NCBI GenBank assembly: GCA_045803545.1
Contig: JBJMOW010000002.1
Coordinates: 64,001-128,000 of the forward strand
Direction of reading: 5' to 3'
Source: Gemmatimonadaceae bacterium
GTDB taxonomy: Bacteria; Gemmatimonadota; Gemmatimonadetes; Gemmatimonadales; Gemmatimonadaceae
Length of the DNA stretch: 64,000 bases
The notes under the pieces are model-generated. The model did no database searches and was not told the DNA's origin. It saw nothing but the letters and a program-made list of their open reading frames with translations. A program made the position numbers and the translations under genes. Below are positions 1 through 10,920 of the stretch, one piece after another (position 1 is the stretch's first letter; each line of letters starts with the position of its first letter).

Positions 1-249
1 AGCGTCGGGCGACAACTCCTCACCTAGCAGAGTCGCAGTCGGCAGCCGTCGCTGAATCACTTCGGCGATGACGCGCTCCGAAGCCTTGTCTACCTCGCTG
101 ACGAAGTCCGAGCGGCCCTTGGTTTCCCAAACGATCTTCTCGCGTTGAGCGGTTGCATCACGGATGACACGGGCGCCAGCGTGGGCCGCATCGAGTGCTA
201 TCTCGAGCAGCGTCTGATTCGCCGTTTTCTCCTCTGAAATTGCTTGCAA
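1..249 (-). CDS. Inositol monophosphatase family protein (SuhB-like), N-terminal part; runs off the window edge
   Basis: Manual translation from TTG at 249: MQAISEEK...LEIALDAAHAGARVIR...KGRSDFVSEVDKASERVIAEVIQRRLPTATLLGEE; the DxVxExD and GEE motifs are typical of IMPases. Confidence 0.8.
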   Translation of the reverse strand, partial: MQAISEEKTANQTLLEIALDAAHAGARVIRDATAQREKIVWETKGRSDFVSEVDKASERVIAEVIQRRLPTATLLGEELSPDA

Positions 250-279
250 CTCGTCTCTCTCGCTCTTTAATTACGCGCA

Positions 280-1350
280 ATGTCCCGCATCTTCAGCGGC
301 ATTCAGCCCTCTGGCACCCTGCACATCGGAAATTACCTCGGCGCGGTGAAGAACTGGGTTGAGCTGCAGCACAAATACGAGTCTTTTTTCTGCATCGTCG
401 ACTATCACGCCATTACGATTCCCTACGATCCGGCTGATTTGCGCGCCCGGACGTCGGAGATGGCGCTGGGGCTACTCGCGTCCGGCCTCGATCCGAAAAA
501 GTGCACGCTGTTTGTGCAGTCGATGGTGCCGGAACATACCGAGCTTGCCTGGATATTCAACACGCTTACGCCGCTGGGTGAGCTCGAGCGACAGACCCAA
601 TTCAAGGAGAAGGCGAGCCGCGAGGAAAGCGTGCCGGCGGGAATTTTGAATTATCCCGTGCTGCAGGCGGCGGACATCCTGTTGTATCGCGCCGATATGG
701 TTCCCGTCGGGGAAGATCAGCTGCAGCATCTCGAGCTGTCACGGGAAATCGCGCGCAAGTGGAACGCGCGGTTCGACAAGCCGGCGGCTGGGAAGAAAGT
801 CATTGCTACGGTGAAGTCCGCAGTCGGCGGCGAAGCGCAGCGCGAAGGATATTTCCCCGAGCCGAAGGGCTTGCTCACGCCAACCCGACGCGTGATGGGG
901 CTGGATGGCCAGGCGAAGATGTCGAAGTCGCTGGGCAACACCGTCGATCTGCTCGAGGATCCCAAATCGATTTGGGAGAAGCTGAGGCCCGCGGTCACTG
1001 ATCCGAAGCGCGTTCGGCGTACCGATCCCGGAACGCCGGAGGTTTGCAACATCTATCATCTCCACAAGGCATTTAGCCCGCCGGAAACGGTGGAGCACGT
1101 CGCCGTCCAGTGCAGAACCGCAGGCTGGGGATGCATCGATTGCAAGAAAGTGCTCCACGAATCGATGGAGAGAGAGCTGGCGCCGATTCGCGTACGCGCA
1201 AAGGAGCTCGCCGGCAATCCCGGCCGGATGCGCAAGGACCTCGACACAGGCGCCGAGCGCGCCCGAGATGTCGCGCGCACCACAATGGCGGAAGTAAAGG
1301 AGAAGATGGGGTTCTTCGGCGCGGAGAATGGTTCACGCGCAGCTCGTTGA
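280..1350 (+). CDS. trpS: Tryptophan--tRNA ligase
   Basis: SGIQPSG-LHIGNY (HIGH), YPVLQAADIL, VPVGEDQ and KMSKS motifs. Confidence 0.97.
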   Translation: MSRIFSGIQPSGTLHIGNYLGAVKNWVELQHKYESFFCIVDYHAITIPYDPADLRARTSEMALGLLASGLDPKKCTLFVQSMVPEHTELAWIFNTLTPLGELERQTQFKEKASREESVPAGILNYPVLQAADILLYRADMVPVGEDQLQHLELSREIARKWNARFDKPAAGKKVIATVKSAVGGEAQREGYFPEPKGLLTPTRRVMGLDGQAKMSKSLGNTVDLLEDPKSIWEKLRPAVTDPKRVRRTDPGTPEVCNIYHLHKAFSPPETVEHVAVQCRTAGWGCIDCKKVLHESMERELAPIRVRAKELAGNPGRMRKDLDTGAERARDVARTTMAEVKEKMGFFGAENGSRAAR

Positions 1351-2431
1351 ACGCGCGAAATCGCTAATCGACGATCTCGCGAAAACGCCGCGCTTTGCCG
1401 GAAGCGCGGAGGAGACGACGGCGAGAGCGCGCTGCCGCCGTGAGCTTGAACAAGCCGGTTTCACTTGCGAGGAACTTCCGTTCGCGTACTCCCAGTGGCT
1501 TGCACGCTGGGCTGTTCCTCTCGTCTCCTTCGTTATCGGTATCACCGTTTATGCGATGGGCCGACTCGCTCAGTCCGGAAATCCGCTTGCCCCACTGGTA
1601 GCCCTGTGGGTGATGTGGTGGCCTCTCTGGGCGAGCGCGGTCAGCCCGCAACGCAATTGGGTTCTGACATTCCCGTGGTGCCGAGCGACCTCCGTGAATC
1701 TGGAGGCGCGACGCGGTGACCCGGTGGTATGGCTCGTTGCCCATCTGGACTCGAAATCTCAGACAGTTCCGATGCTGCTCCGTATCGTCGGAAGCATGTC
1801 GCTCTACATCGGGGCAATGCTGGTAACCCTCGGCGGTCTCGCGTTTTTAGTTTGGGGTGCGGTGGCCGTACCGGCGCTCCTCATCGCCCGGTTTTTGGCA
1901 ATTCTCGGTGCAATCACAGCGGGCCTTTGCGTTGTTCGAAACAAATCACCGGGCGCGGTAGACAACGCGAGTGGCGTTGCGGCGGTGCTGTTGGCTGCTC
2001 AGTCCCCGGATGCACCGGCGTCGCTCGGCGTGCTCATCACAAGTGGCGAGGAACTCGGCCTCGCTGGCGCGGTGGCGTGGGCACAGACAGCGCCCGACGA
2101 CCGCGTGATTCTGAATTGTGACACAGTCGACGAGGCTGGCACGTATCGATGCATGTACGGGCCGCAACCCGTGCGGGTCGCGGTGGCAGCGGAAACAGCG
2201 GCAAAGCGACTGGGTTTGCCGCTGAAACTCGGAAGGATGATCCCCGGCATCATGGCTGACAGCATGGTTTTCGCAAATCGGTGGCGGTGGTCCGCAGTAA
2301 CACTGAGCAGAGGAACGCTCGCTACACTCGCGCGCATTCATACCCGGCGCGATAATTCATCGACGCTGACCGGTGAGGGCGCCGCGCACGCGAGTGCTTT
2401 GCTCTCGGCAATGGCGAAGGAACTGAGCTGA
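1328..2431 (+). CDS. M28 family peptidase with membrane segments
   Basis: AHLDS, GAVDNASGVA, SGEELGLAGA and IHT zinc-ligand motifs interrupted by hydrophobic segments. Confidence 0.85.
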   Translation: MVHAQLVERAKSLIDDLAKTPRFAGSAEETTARARCRRELEQAGFTCEELPFAYSQWLARWAVPLVSFVIGITVYAMGRLAQSGNPLAPLVALWVMWWPLWASAVSPQRNWVLTFPWCRATSVNLEARRGDPVVWLVAHLDSKSQTVPMLLRIVGSMSLYIGAMLVTLGGLAFLVWGAVAVPALLIARFLAILGAITAGLCVVRNKSPGAVDNASGVAAVLLAAQSPDAPASLGVLITSGEELGLAGAVAWAQTAPDDRVILNCDTVDEAGTYRCMYGPQPVRVAVAAETAAKRLGLPLKLGRMIPGIMADSMVFANRWRWSAVTLSRGTLATLARIHTRRDNSSTLTGEGAAHASALLSAMAKELS

Positions 2432-2922
2432 TGTATCTGACAATTCTGGCTGCAGTCATTCTCGTCTCCCTGATCCTGATCGTGCTCGGGCTACCTGGGC
2501 TATGGATCATGGTTGCCTCGGCGGTGACGTATAACCTCGTCGTTCCCGGCGACCCGATTGGCTGGTTTACACTCGTTGCTGTCGCCGTCCTTGCGTTGGT
2601 AGCCGAGCTACTGGATATATCGATGACCGGCAGCTACGCGCGCAAATACGGCGGCTCGCGTCGTGCAGGATGGGGTGCCGTTATCGGAAGCGTTGTCGGA
2701 GCGATGGTCGGATTTCCAGTTCCGATCATCGGCCCGGTGATTGGCGCATTCGTGGGCTCCTTCATTGGGGCACTCATTGCGGAATTCACCGGTGGATCGT
2801 CTGCAGGAGATGCCACTCGCGTCGCTAAAGGCGCCCTGATTGGACGCGTAGTATCTACTGTTCTCAAGATCGGCATCGGGTTCACGGTTGGTATCTGGAT
2901 CTTCATCGCTGCTATGAAATGA
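2431..2922 (+). CDS. DUF456 (YqgC-like) membrane protein
   Basis: Hydrophobic, Gly-rich, with LPG..W, KYGGS..AGWG and IGAFVGSFIGALIAE patterns. Confidence 0.8.
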   Translation: MYLTILAAVILVSLILIVLGLPGLWIMVASAVTYNLVVPGDPIGWFTLVAVAVLALVAELLDISMTGSYARKYGGSRRAGWGAVIGSVVGAMVGFPVPIIGPVIGAFVGSFIGALIAEFTGGSSAGDATRVAKGALIGRVVSTVLKIGIGFTVGIWIFIAAMK

Positions 2923-2977
2923 CCCGTCTGAAGAGCTACAGGAGTGATCGCATGATCGCCATCAGAGAAAGGCTGGC

Positions 2978-3769
2978 ATGACCGCCGAAAGCGTCTCCGC
3001 AAGCGAGCTCGCGCCCACCGAAGGGAAATACGTCTACTGCATCATCCGCAACGACCGGTCGCGCGACTTCGGCGAGATCGGCATCGGCAGTGGCGCGCGC
3101 GTATACACCGTCAATCACAAAGAACTCTCGGCGGTCGTCAGCGACACACCGATCGTGATTTACGATCCGACCCGCGAGAACGTGCTCGCACATGAATTCG
3201 TGAACGAGACGGTGATGCGGGAGTTCACACTGATCCCGATGTCGTTCGGGACTGTTTTCCGCTCCGAAAACGACGTGCTCGCGCTGCTCAAATCGACGTT
3301 CCAGGCGTTCACCGACGTCCTCGAGAAAATGCAGGACAAGATCGAGTTCGGTCTCAAAATTCTGTGGGATCGCGACAAGGTCGTGGCTGCCATCGAACGC
3401 GACAACGATGAGATCCGTCGGCTCAAGGACGAGATCACGCGGAACGCGGCCTCGTCGACGTACTTTGCGCGGATGCAGCTCGGCCGACTGGTCGAAGCTG
3501 CGATGGAAGAGGCGAGCAACCGCTACGTCAACGACATTCACGAACAACTGAAATCGGTGTCGGCCGCCAGCCGCAGCAACAAGGTCATCGGCGACCGCAT
3601 GATTCTCAACGCCGCGTTTCTGGTCGATCGGAAAGACGAGAAGTCGTTCGACGAAAAAGTGAAGGCGATCTCGGCGCAGTACGAAGACTTGCTCAGCTTC
3701 AAGTACACTGGCCCGTGGCCCCCTTATAACTTCGTGAACATCAAGCTGAAGCTGGAGAAGGCCACCTGA
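2978..3769 (+). CDS. gvpF: GvpL/GvpF family gas vesicle protein
   Basis: YVYCII at the N-terminus, LAHEFVNE, IPMSFGTVF and C-terminal YTGPWPPYNFV signature. Confidence 0.9.
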   Translation: MTAESVSASELAPTEGKYVYCIIRNDRSRDFGEIGIGSGARVYTVNHKELSAVVSDTPIVIYDPTRENVLAHEFVNETVMREFTLIPMSFGTVFRSENDVLALLKSTFQAFTDVLEKMQDKIEFGLKILWDRDKVVAAIERDNDEIRRLKDEITRNAASSTYFARMQLGRLVEAAMEEASNRYVNDIHEQLKSVSAASRSNKVIGDRMILNAAFLVDRKDEKSFDEKVKAISAQYEDLLSFKYTGPWPPYNFVNIKLKLEKAT

Positions 3770-3779
3770 GACGCGGCTG

Positions 3780-4082
3780 ATGGGACTGCTCACCAACATC
3801 CTGCTTGCGCCATTCCTCGGTCCGGTGTGGGGCACGCGCTTTACGCTCGACAAAGTCGATCGTGCGGTCCGCGAGCAGCTCACCGACGATACTCCGATCA
3901 AGGAAGATCTGATGGCGCTCCAGCTCAAGCTGGAAACGGGGGAGATCGACGACGAGCAGTACGTTCAGCAGGAAACCGAAATCATGCAGCGCCTGCGAGA
4001 TGTGCGTGAATGGCGCGAGCGGTTCGGCATGTCGGTTGGCGGTGGGCCCGTTCGCGTCGCAGAGGGCGACGAGACGGAATAG
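3780..4082 (+). CDS. gvpG: Gas vesicle protein GvpG
   Basis: MGLLTNILLAP..P at the N-terminus and L..LQLKLETGEIDDEQY..QE..IMQRL, typical of GvpG; lies after gvpF. Confidence 0.85.
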   Translation: MGLLTNILLAPFLGPVWGTRFTLDKVDRAVREQLTDDTPIKEDLMALQLKLETGEIDDEQYVQQETEIMQRLRDVREWRERFGMSVGGGPVRVAEGDETE

Positions 4083-4101
4083 CTCCAAACTTCAATCACC
4101 G

Positions 4102-4902
4102 ATGATCGAGCGTCTCTGTTACGTCTACGGTGTCGTGCCTGCCTCGATCAATCCTGCAACAGCGCCGAAAGGGATCGAGCAGGGAACCGTTAATCTGATT
4201 GCGAACGGTGATTTCGCGGCGCTGGCGACCTCGGTGAGGGGTGACGACTACGCGCCCGCGCGCGTAGAGACACTCACGGCGGACGTCGACTGGGTCAGTG
4301 AGCGAGCGATGGTGCACGACCGCGTTCTAACGTGGGCGTCAGACAATGGCTCAGTGGTTCCTTTCCCGATGTGGACGCTCTTTCGGGACGCAGAAGCCGT
4401 GAAGACGATGCTGTCGAAGAGATCAGCCGAACTTCGCCAGACCTTTAACCGACTCGGAAACGGAAGAGAGTTCATCGTTCGTATCTACGTCCAGTCTGAC
4501 ACCCTGATGCAAAACCTCAACACCCACGTCGCCGAGCTGCGGCAAATAGAGGATGAGGCTGCGAACGCATCACCCGGTCAGAAGTATTTGCTGCAGCGGA
4601 AGCTCGAAGGCCTTCGTCGCGACGCGGGCAGAGACGTGGCCGGCAAGGCTGCGGCGGAAATTCTTGATTCTCTGACGCGCTGTGCGATGGATACCGTGCG
4701 TGAACAGCCGGTGAACTCCGGCGCTCCGCGCGAGCAGGGCCGCGCGATTCTCAATGCGTCGTTCCTCGTCGCTCCGTCGCGCCTCGTCGATTTCCAGCGC
4801 GCTCTCACGTCGATGGTCGAGAAATACGAGGGATCGGGCTTCAAGTTCGATTTCACGGGTCCGTGGCCGCCTTATCACTTCGTCGGTGAGCGTTCCGAGT
4901 GA
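4102..4902 (+). CDS. gvpL: GvpL/GvpF family gas vesicle protein
   Basis: CYVYGVV, AMVHDRVL, ILNASFLV and FTGPWPPYHFV motifs; start moved to the ATG at 4102, after the gvpG stop. Confidence 0.88.
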   Translation: MIERLCYVYGVVPASINPATAPKGIEQGTVNLIANGDFAALATSVRGDDYAPARVETLTADVDWVSERAMVHDRVLTWASDNGSVVPFPMWTLFRDAEAVKTMLSKRSAELRQTFNRLGNGREFIVRIYVQSDTLMQNLNTHVAELRQIEDEAANASPGQKYLLQRKLEGLRRDAGRDVAGKAAAEILDSLTRCAMDTVREQPVNSGAPREQGRAILNASFLVAPSRLVDFQRALTSMVEKYEGSGFKFDFTGPWPPYHFVGERSE

Positions 4903-5483
4903 CTGAAGTCGATGATCTGCTCGGAGAATCGCGGGTCGAGCTGTCAGAGATGCTCAGCCACATTCTCGACAAGGGAGTGGTCTTACGCGGCGAAGTGATG
5001 CTTGCTGTCGCCGACATCGATTTGATCAAACTGGATCTCGGACTCCTGCTGACTGGCGTCGAGACGGTGCTTCGACGTCAGCATACGAGACAAGCGGCAT
5101 CGACCGAGCTGGAGCATGTGGGGGAACTCCCTCGCACCGGCGAAAGCGAGGCGGTGCGCGCGATAAACCCGCCGAGCGACGCTCCGATTACACCGCTTGT
5201 AGAGGTTGCAGAAGGCTTACCGCCGCGTCTTAATACAGATCCGGAAAAGGTGGAGAACGGGCTTGCCAAGCTCGTCTTGACCTTGATTGAGGTATTGCGT
5301 AAGGTCTTAGAGCACCAGGCAGTTCGACGAATGGAGGGCGGTCATCTCAGCGAAGCCGAGATCGAAAAACTCGGTATCGCGATGCTGCGCCTCAACGACC
5401 GAATGCAGGAGATGAAGGATATCTTCGGATTGACCGATGAAGATCTCCAGATCGACCTGGGCCCCCTTGGCAAGTTACGATAA
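4899..5483 (+). CDS. gvpK: Fusion of a GvpA-family (GvpJ/M/S-like) domain and GvpK
   Basis: N-terminal LSHILDKGVVLRGEVMLAVADIDL (GvpA family); C-terminal GLAKLVLTLIEVLRKVLEHQAVRRMEGG.L...EIEKLG...DLQIDLGPLG (GvpK). Confidence 0.85.
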   Translation: MTEVDDLLGESRVELSEMLSHILDKGVVLRGEVMLAVADIDLIKLDLGLLLTGVETVLRRQHTRQAASTELEHVGELPRTGESEAVRAINPPSDAPITPLVEVAEGLPPRLNTDPEKVENGLAKLVLTLIEVLRKVLEHQAVRRMEGGHLSEAEIEKLGIAMLRLNDRMQEMKDIFGLTDEDLQIDLGPLGKLR

Positions 5484-5513
5484 CCGGCGCACGAGCCGAA
5501 CGGAGACGAGTGC

Positions 5514-5789
5514 TTGGCAGACCTAGTATCCCCGTCGCGCAGTTACGGGCTCGTCGACGTCCTCGACCGTGTGCTCGACAAGGGTCTCGTTGTCGTCGGC
5601 GACATCAAGATCAATCTTGCCAATGTCGAGCTACTAACGATTCAGGTTCGTCTTCTGATTTGCTCCATCGACAAAGCGGAGCAGATCGGTCTCAACTGGT
5701 GGCGCACTGATCCACGCCTGAGTACTCACGCGCGACCGGCAGTCAAAGACTCTTCAACCACCGCCTCGGCAGCAAGACCACAGGAGTAA
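5514..5789 (+). CDS. gvpJ: Gas vesicle protein GvpJ
   Basis: [53 protein letters not shown]. Confidence 0.85.
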   Translation: MADLVSPSRSYGLVDVLDRVLDKGLVVVGDIKINLANVELLTIQVRLLICSIDKAEQIGLNWWRTDPRLSTHARPAVKDSSTTASAARPQE

Positions 5790-5793
5790 AGAA

Positions 5794-6099
5794 ATGGCAG
5801 TCGAACGTTCCCCGAGCGGTAGCTCGCTGATTGATGTACTCGATCGCGTACTCGACAAAGGTATCGTCATCGACGCGTGGGTTCGGGTGTCGCTTGTAGG
5901 TATCGAGCTCGCCACCGTCGAAGCACGCATCGTCGTTGCATCCATCGATACCTACCTCAAGTACTCCGAAGCAGTCGGACTCAGCGCGCCGGTTTCCAGA
6001 CCGCGTGAATCGCTTACGGCTGGCGGAGCCGAGGAGCTCGAGAGGATGCGATCTGAAAACGCAGATCTGAAGCGGCGGCTTGAGCGACTCCAAGCGTGA
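5794..6099 (+). CDS. gvpA: Gas vesicle structural protein GvpA with C-terminal extension
   Basis: MAVER...[52 protein letters not shown], the canonical GvpA core. Confidence 0.93.
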   Translation: MAVERSPSGSSLIDVLDRVLDKGIVIDAWVRVSLVGIELATVEARIVVASIDTYLKYSEAVGLSAPVSRPRESLTAGGAEELERMRSENADLKRRLERLQA

Positions 6100-8380
6100 G
6101 AGCGCCGCGGTAACGCCGAGCCCGCAGCTCAGCGGAGAACGATTAGCCGAACTTCTTTCGGCGATCTCTGAGGCACCAGATTTCAGAACTGCGGCGACTT
6201 ACATGATCGCGCAGTTCGTGGACATTGTCGGAGCGCGACGTGCGATCGCGCTCACGCTCGACAGTCCGCCGAAGTGCTTCGTTACCGTCGCGAGCGTGGG
6301 ATTCGAGACGGAACAGCTGCCGCCCCTGTCCCTGTCGACGGACGACTTGTCGAATCCGCTGGTCGTGTCGGCGCTGTCGTTGCACGCGGTAAGTTGTGAC
6401 CAGGCGACGCCGGCGGCGGCCCTGCCGTTCAGCGAGTGGACTGCGATACCGTTCCCCCAGCCACAGTTCCGGGGTGCGCCTCATCTCCTCACTGACGCCG
6501 AGGTCGAGGCCGTGCAGCTCACCCGTTGTGAGGTGCGGCGGAATCTGGTCGCTGAGCGCCGTCGCAAGCTCGGTCATGCGCCGGGTGGAGTAGTTCTCCT
6601 CGAGGCCACGATCGAGGACGAGACGATTTCCGCGTTGCTGCATGCGGCGGCGCTCGCCGGACCGGTTTTGTCGCGCATGGCGGCGGTCGAGGAATTCCGC
6701 CTCTCCACGGCGCGCCTCGATTCGCAGCGTGAGATGCTGACCACGATCATGAACTCGTTGCCGGATCCGATAGTGATCATCAACGAAGACCGCCTGATCA
6801 TCGCGCAGAATCAGCGCGCCGAACATCTGATGTCGACCACCGATCACGATTCCGAGGGCAGACGGCGCGCGGTGGAGATCAACAATCTGCTCTTTACGTC
6901 GCACCTCTCGAAGGCCGCAATGGGAGCGACCGAACCGGCGATCTCCCGCGAGCTCAATCTTGTCGATCCTGATGAAGGAACCGACCTGCTGTTCGAGGTT
7001 CTGACTCACACACTTCCGTCCAGCGATACACGCTCGGTGTCGACGGTGACGGTGCTGCGCGACGTCACTGACCTGCGCCGCGCAGCCAACGAGCTCGAAC
7101 GCCAGGTGCAGCGCGTACGTCTGGCAGAGATCGACGCCAAACGCGAGCGTGACCGCCTGAACCTGATCCTCGAAAACGTCGCCGATCCGATTCTCGTCAC
7201 CGACGATCGGTCGAACATCATCCTGATGAACAAGGAGGCGGAACAGCTGTTCGAGGCGGACGACGGCGCGAACTGGGAGCGCTCCCAGACGGTTCAGGCG
7301 AACGACACCAAGTTCACGACCTTCATATCGGATTTCGCCAATAGCCCGGCACTGGCGCGTCGGGAGCAGATGAAGCTCCACATCCCGGATTCGACGACAG
7401 AATTGCCCGTTGAAGTCGTCTCCGGAAAGATTCTGAATCGGCGCGGCGAACCGCTGGCGATCGTCTCGGTTCTGCACGACCTCACGCAGCAGGTCGAAAA
7501 TGAGCGGCTTTACGACGAGCTAAAGACGTTCTCCAATGAGCTCGAGGAAAGAATCCGCGCGGCCACTGCCGACCTCGCCGAGCAGAACACGCGATTGCAG
7601 TGGCAGTCTCGCGAGCTGGAGAAGGCCAACCGCCTGAAGTCCGAGTTTCTGGCCAGCATGTCGCACGAGTTGCGCACGCCGATCAACGCGCTCATCGGAT
7701 ACGCGTCGTTGATGCTGGACCGGATCTACGGTGATCTCACGCCGCGCCAGGAAGAAGGTCTTAATCGCATTCAGGGCGCGGCGCAGCATCTGCTCGCGTT
7801 GATCAACGACATTCTGGACCTCGCCAAGATCGAGGCCGGCAGAATGCCGCTGCACCTCGACGACGTGAGGCTGGCGGACATCATGACCGAGATCTCGCAG
7901 CAGATCGAGCCGCTCGTGAAGAAGAAGAAGCTCAGTTTCAATGTCGAGATGTCGAACGGCAATCAGGTGCTGCACACCGATCGCACCAAGGTGAAACAGA
8001 TTCTGCTCAACCTGCTGTCGAATGCTGTGAAGTTCACCCACCACGGCGGCATCACCGTCACAATCTCGAAGGATGAGGCGGATCTTCGCTTCGACGTTAC
8101 CGACACGGGCATCGGAATCCGGGCGGAAGATCTGGGATCTATCTGGGAAGACTTCCGGCAGGTCGATCAATCCCGAACCCGCGAATTCGGAGGAACCGGA
8201 CTGGGTCTGAGCATCACCCGTAAACTCGTGGATGCATTGGGCGGACATGTCTTCGCGCAAAGCGTATTCGGAAAAGGATCAACGTTTACGGTGATTCTTC
8301 CGATCCGAAGCGTGGTGCGGCCGGACGATCCACCCAGACTGATCGACGAAATCCCGGCGCCGTCGCCTGTGGAGCGTTGA
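6080..8380 (+). CDS. Cytoplasmic sensor histidine kinase with two PAS domains and an N-terminal GAF-like region
   Basis: Two PAS starts ([25 protein letters not shown]); H-box [28 protein letters not shown] and GGTGLGL boxes. Confidence 0.92.
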   Translation: MSDSKRESAAVTPSPQLSGERLAELLSAISEAPDFRTAATYMIAQFVDIVGARRAIALTLDSPPKCFVTVASVGFETEQLPPLSLSTDDLSNPLVVSALSLHAVSCDQATPAAALPFSEWTAIPFPQPQFRGAPHLLTDAEVEAVQLTRCEVRRNLVAERRRKLGHAPGGVVLLEATIEDETISALLHAAALAGPVLSRMAAVEEFRLSTARLDSQREMLTTIMNSLPDPIVIINEDRLIIAQNQRAEHLMSTTDHDSEGRRRAVEINNLLFTSHLSKAAMGATEPAISRELNLVDPDEGTDLLFEVLTHTLPSSDTRSVSTVTVLRDVTDLRRAANELERQVQRVRLAEIDAKRERDRLNLILENVADPILVTDDRSNIILMNKEAEQLFEADDGANWERSQTVQANDTKFTTFISDFANSPALARREQMKLHIPDSTTELPVEVVSGKILNRRGEPLAIVSVLHDLTQQVENERLYDELKTFSNELEERIRAATADLAEQNTRLQWQSRELEKANRLKSEFLASMSHELRTPINALIGYASLMLDRIYGDLTPRQEEGLNRIQGAAQHLLALINDILDLAKIEAGRMPLHLDDVRLADIMTEISQQIEPLVKKKKLSFNVEMSNGNQVLHTDRTKVKQILLNLLSNAVKFTHHGGITVTISKDEADLRFDVTDTGIGIRAEDLGSIWEDFRQVDQSRTREFGGTGLGLSITRKLVDALGGHVFAQSVFGKGSTFTVILPIRSVVRPDDPPRLIDEIPAPSPVER

Positions 8381-8409
8381 CACTCAACTCTCCATCGGTA
8401 GATTGAACC

Positions 8410-8448
8410 AACGCCCCGAGCGCTCAGCTTCCGGGGCGTTTGCTTTTC
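8410..8448 (+). terminator. Probable intrinsic terminator after the gvp-kinase operon
   Basis: Inverted repeat aacgccccg (8410-8418) / cggggcgtt (8432-8440) followed by tgcttttc. Confidence 0.6.
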
Positions 8449-8467
8449 CTCTCCCCCTCTTCCTTGA

Positions 8468-9781
<1,314 letters not shown>

Positions 9782-9797
9782 TCCTCGCATCAGACTG

Positions 9798-10817
9798 ATG
9801 GCAAAAGACGCAGATCTGGTAATAGTAGGCGGTGGGCCGTGCGGTCTCGCCGCGGCCGTGTCCGCGCAGCGCGCGGGTCTGAAGCCGCTGGTAATCGAAA
9901 GCGGTGTTGTGGTCAGCACCATCGAGTCGTATCCGACTTATGTCCGATTTTTCTCGACCGCGGAGAAGCTGACGATCGGCGGCCTCCCATTCGTGATTGC
10001 TACCGAGAAACCGACGCGTCGTGATGCGCTCGCCTATTACCGCGCGGTCGTCACCTATTTTCAGGTTCCTTTGCGTCAGCGGGAACGCGTTGTGGCGATT
10101 CGCGGTAAAGCTGATGATTTCACCGTCCTCTCGGTGAATGCGGCCGGCGAAGAGATGCAGACGAGCACTGGCGCCGTAGTCATCGCGACTGGCTACTTCG
10201 GGTCGCCCAATCGTCTCGGCGTGCCAGGCGAGAATCTTCCACACGTCACACATGTCTACCGGGAAGGCCACGAAGCGTTTCTGCAGGACGTGATCGTTGT
10301 TGGCGGGGGGAATTCCGCCGCCGAGGCGGCACTCGACCTTTGGCGCTCGGGTGCGCGCGCAACGCTCGTTCACTTTGGGCCCGGCTTCGACAAGAAGATC
10401 AAGCCGTGGGTGCTTCCCGACTTCACCAATCGCGCGAAGGAAGGCCAGATCCACGTTTGTTGGGACAGTCGCGTAAAGGAGATTTATCCCGATGAAGTGC
10501 TGTTGACGACGCCGAACGGCGAGCAGCGATTGAAAGCAGATCGTGTGTACGTCATGACCGGTTTCGCACCGAGTCTGGAACTGCTGCGCGAAACTGGCGT
10601 GCCCGTCGATCCAAAAACCGGAATTCCGGCGCACGACTCCGCGACTCTCGAGACTGCAGTTCCGGGAGTATTCATTGCCGGTGTCGTGGTCGCGGGTTAC
10701 GACGCCAACAAAGTCTTCATCGAAAACGGTCGCTATCATGGTGACCGCGTCGTGGCGCGTCTTCTCGGCAAGCGCGCCCCTGCTGAACCAAGACTGAGCG
10801 CCGAGCTCGACACGTAG
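9798..10817 (+). CDS. YpdA family FAD-dependent oxidoreductase (putative bacillithiol disulfide reductase)
   Basis: GGGPCGL, FFSTAEKL.IGG.PF, KPTR.DALAYYR, GGGNSA and FIENGR.H motifs. Confidence 0.85.
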   Translation: MAKDADLVIVGGGPCGLAAAVSAQRAGLKPLVIESGVVVSTIESYPTYVRFFSTAEKLTIGGLPFVIATEKPTRRDALAYYRAVVTYFQVPLRQRERVVAIRGKADDFTVLSVNAAGEEMQTSTGAVVIATGYFGSPNRLGVPGENLPHVTHVYREGHEAFLQDVIVVGGGNSAAEAALDLWRSGARATLVHFGPGFDKKIKPWVLPDFTNRAKEGQIHVCWDSRVKEIYPDEVLLTTPNGEQRLKADRVYVMTGFAPSLELLRETGVPVDPKTGIPAHDSATLETAVPGVFIAGVVVAGYDANKVFIENGRYHGDRVVARLLGKRAPAEPRLSAELDT

Positions 10818-10898
10818 GGGTGAGGGAAGAGGGATGGGGGTGGTTCGGAGCCGACTCTGACCTCTCATCCTGCATCCCTCATCCTTCATCCCCCTTCC
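10818..10898. repeat. Inverted degenerate heptamer arrays (GGATGAG / CTCATCC)
   Basis: Left arm gggtgag ggaagag ggatggg; right arm ctcatcc tgcatcc ctcatcc ttcatcc cccttcc (10864-10898). Confidence 0.7.
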
Positions 10899-10920
10899 CC
10901 CGGCCCGCTAATATTCCCGG

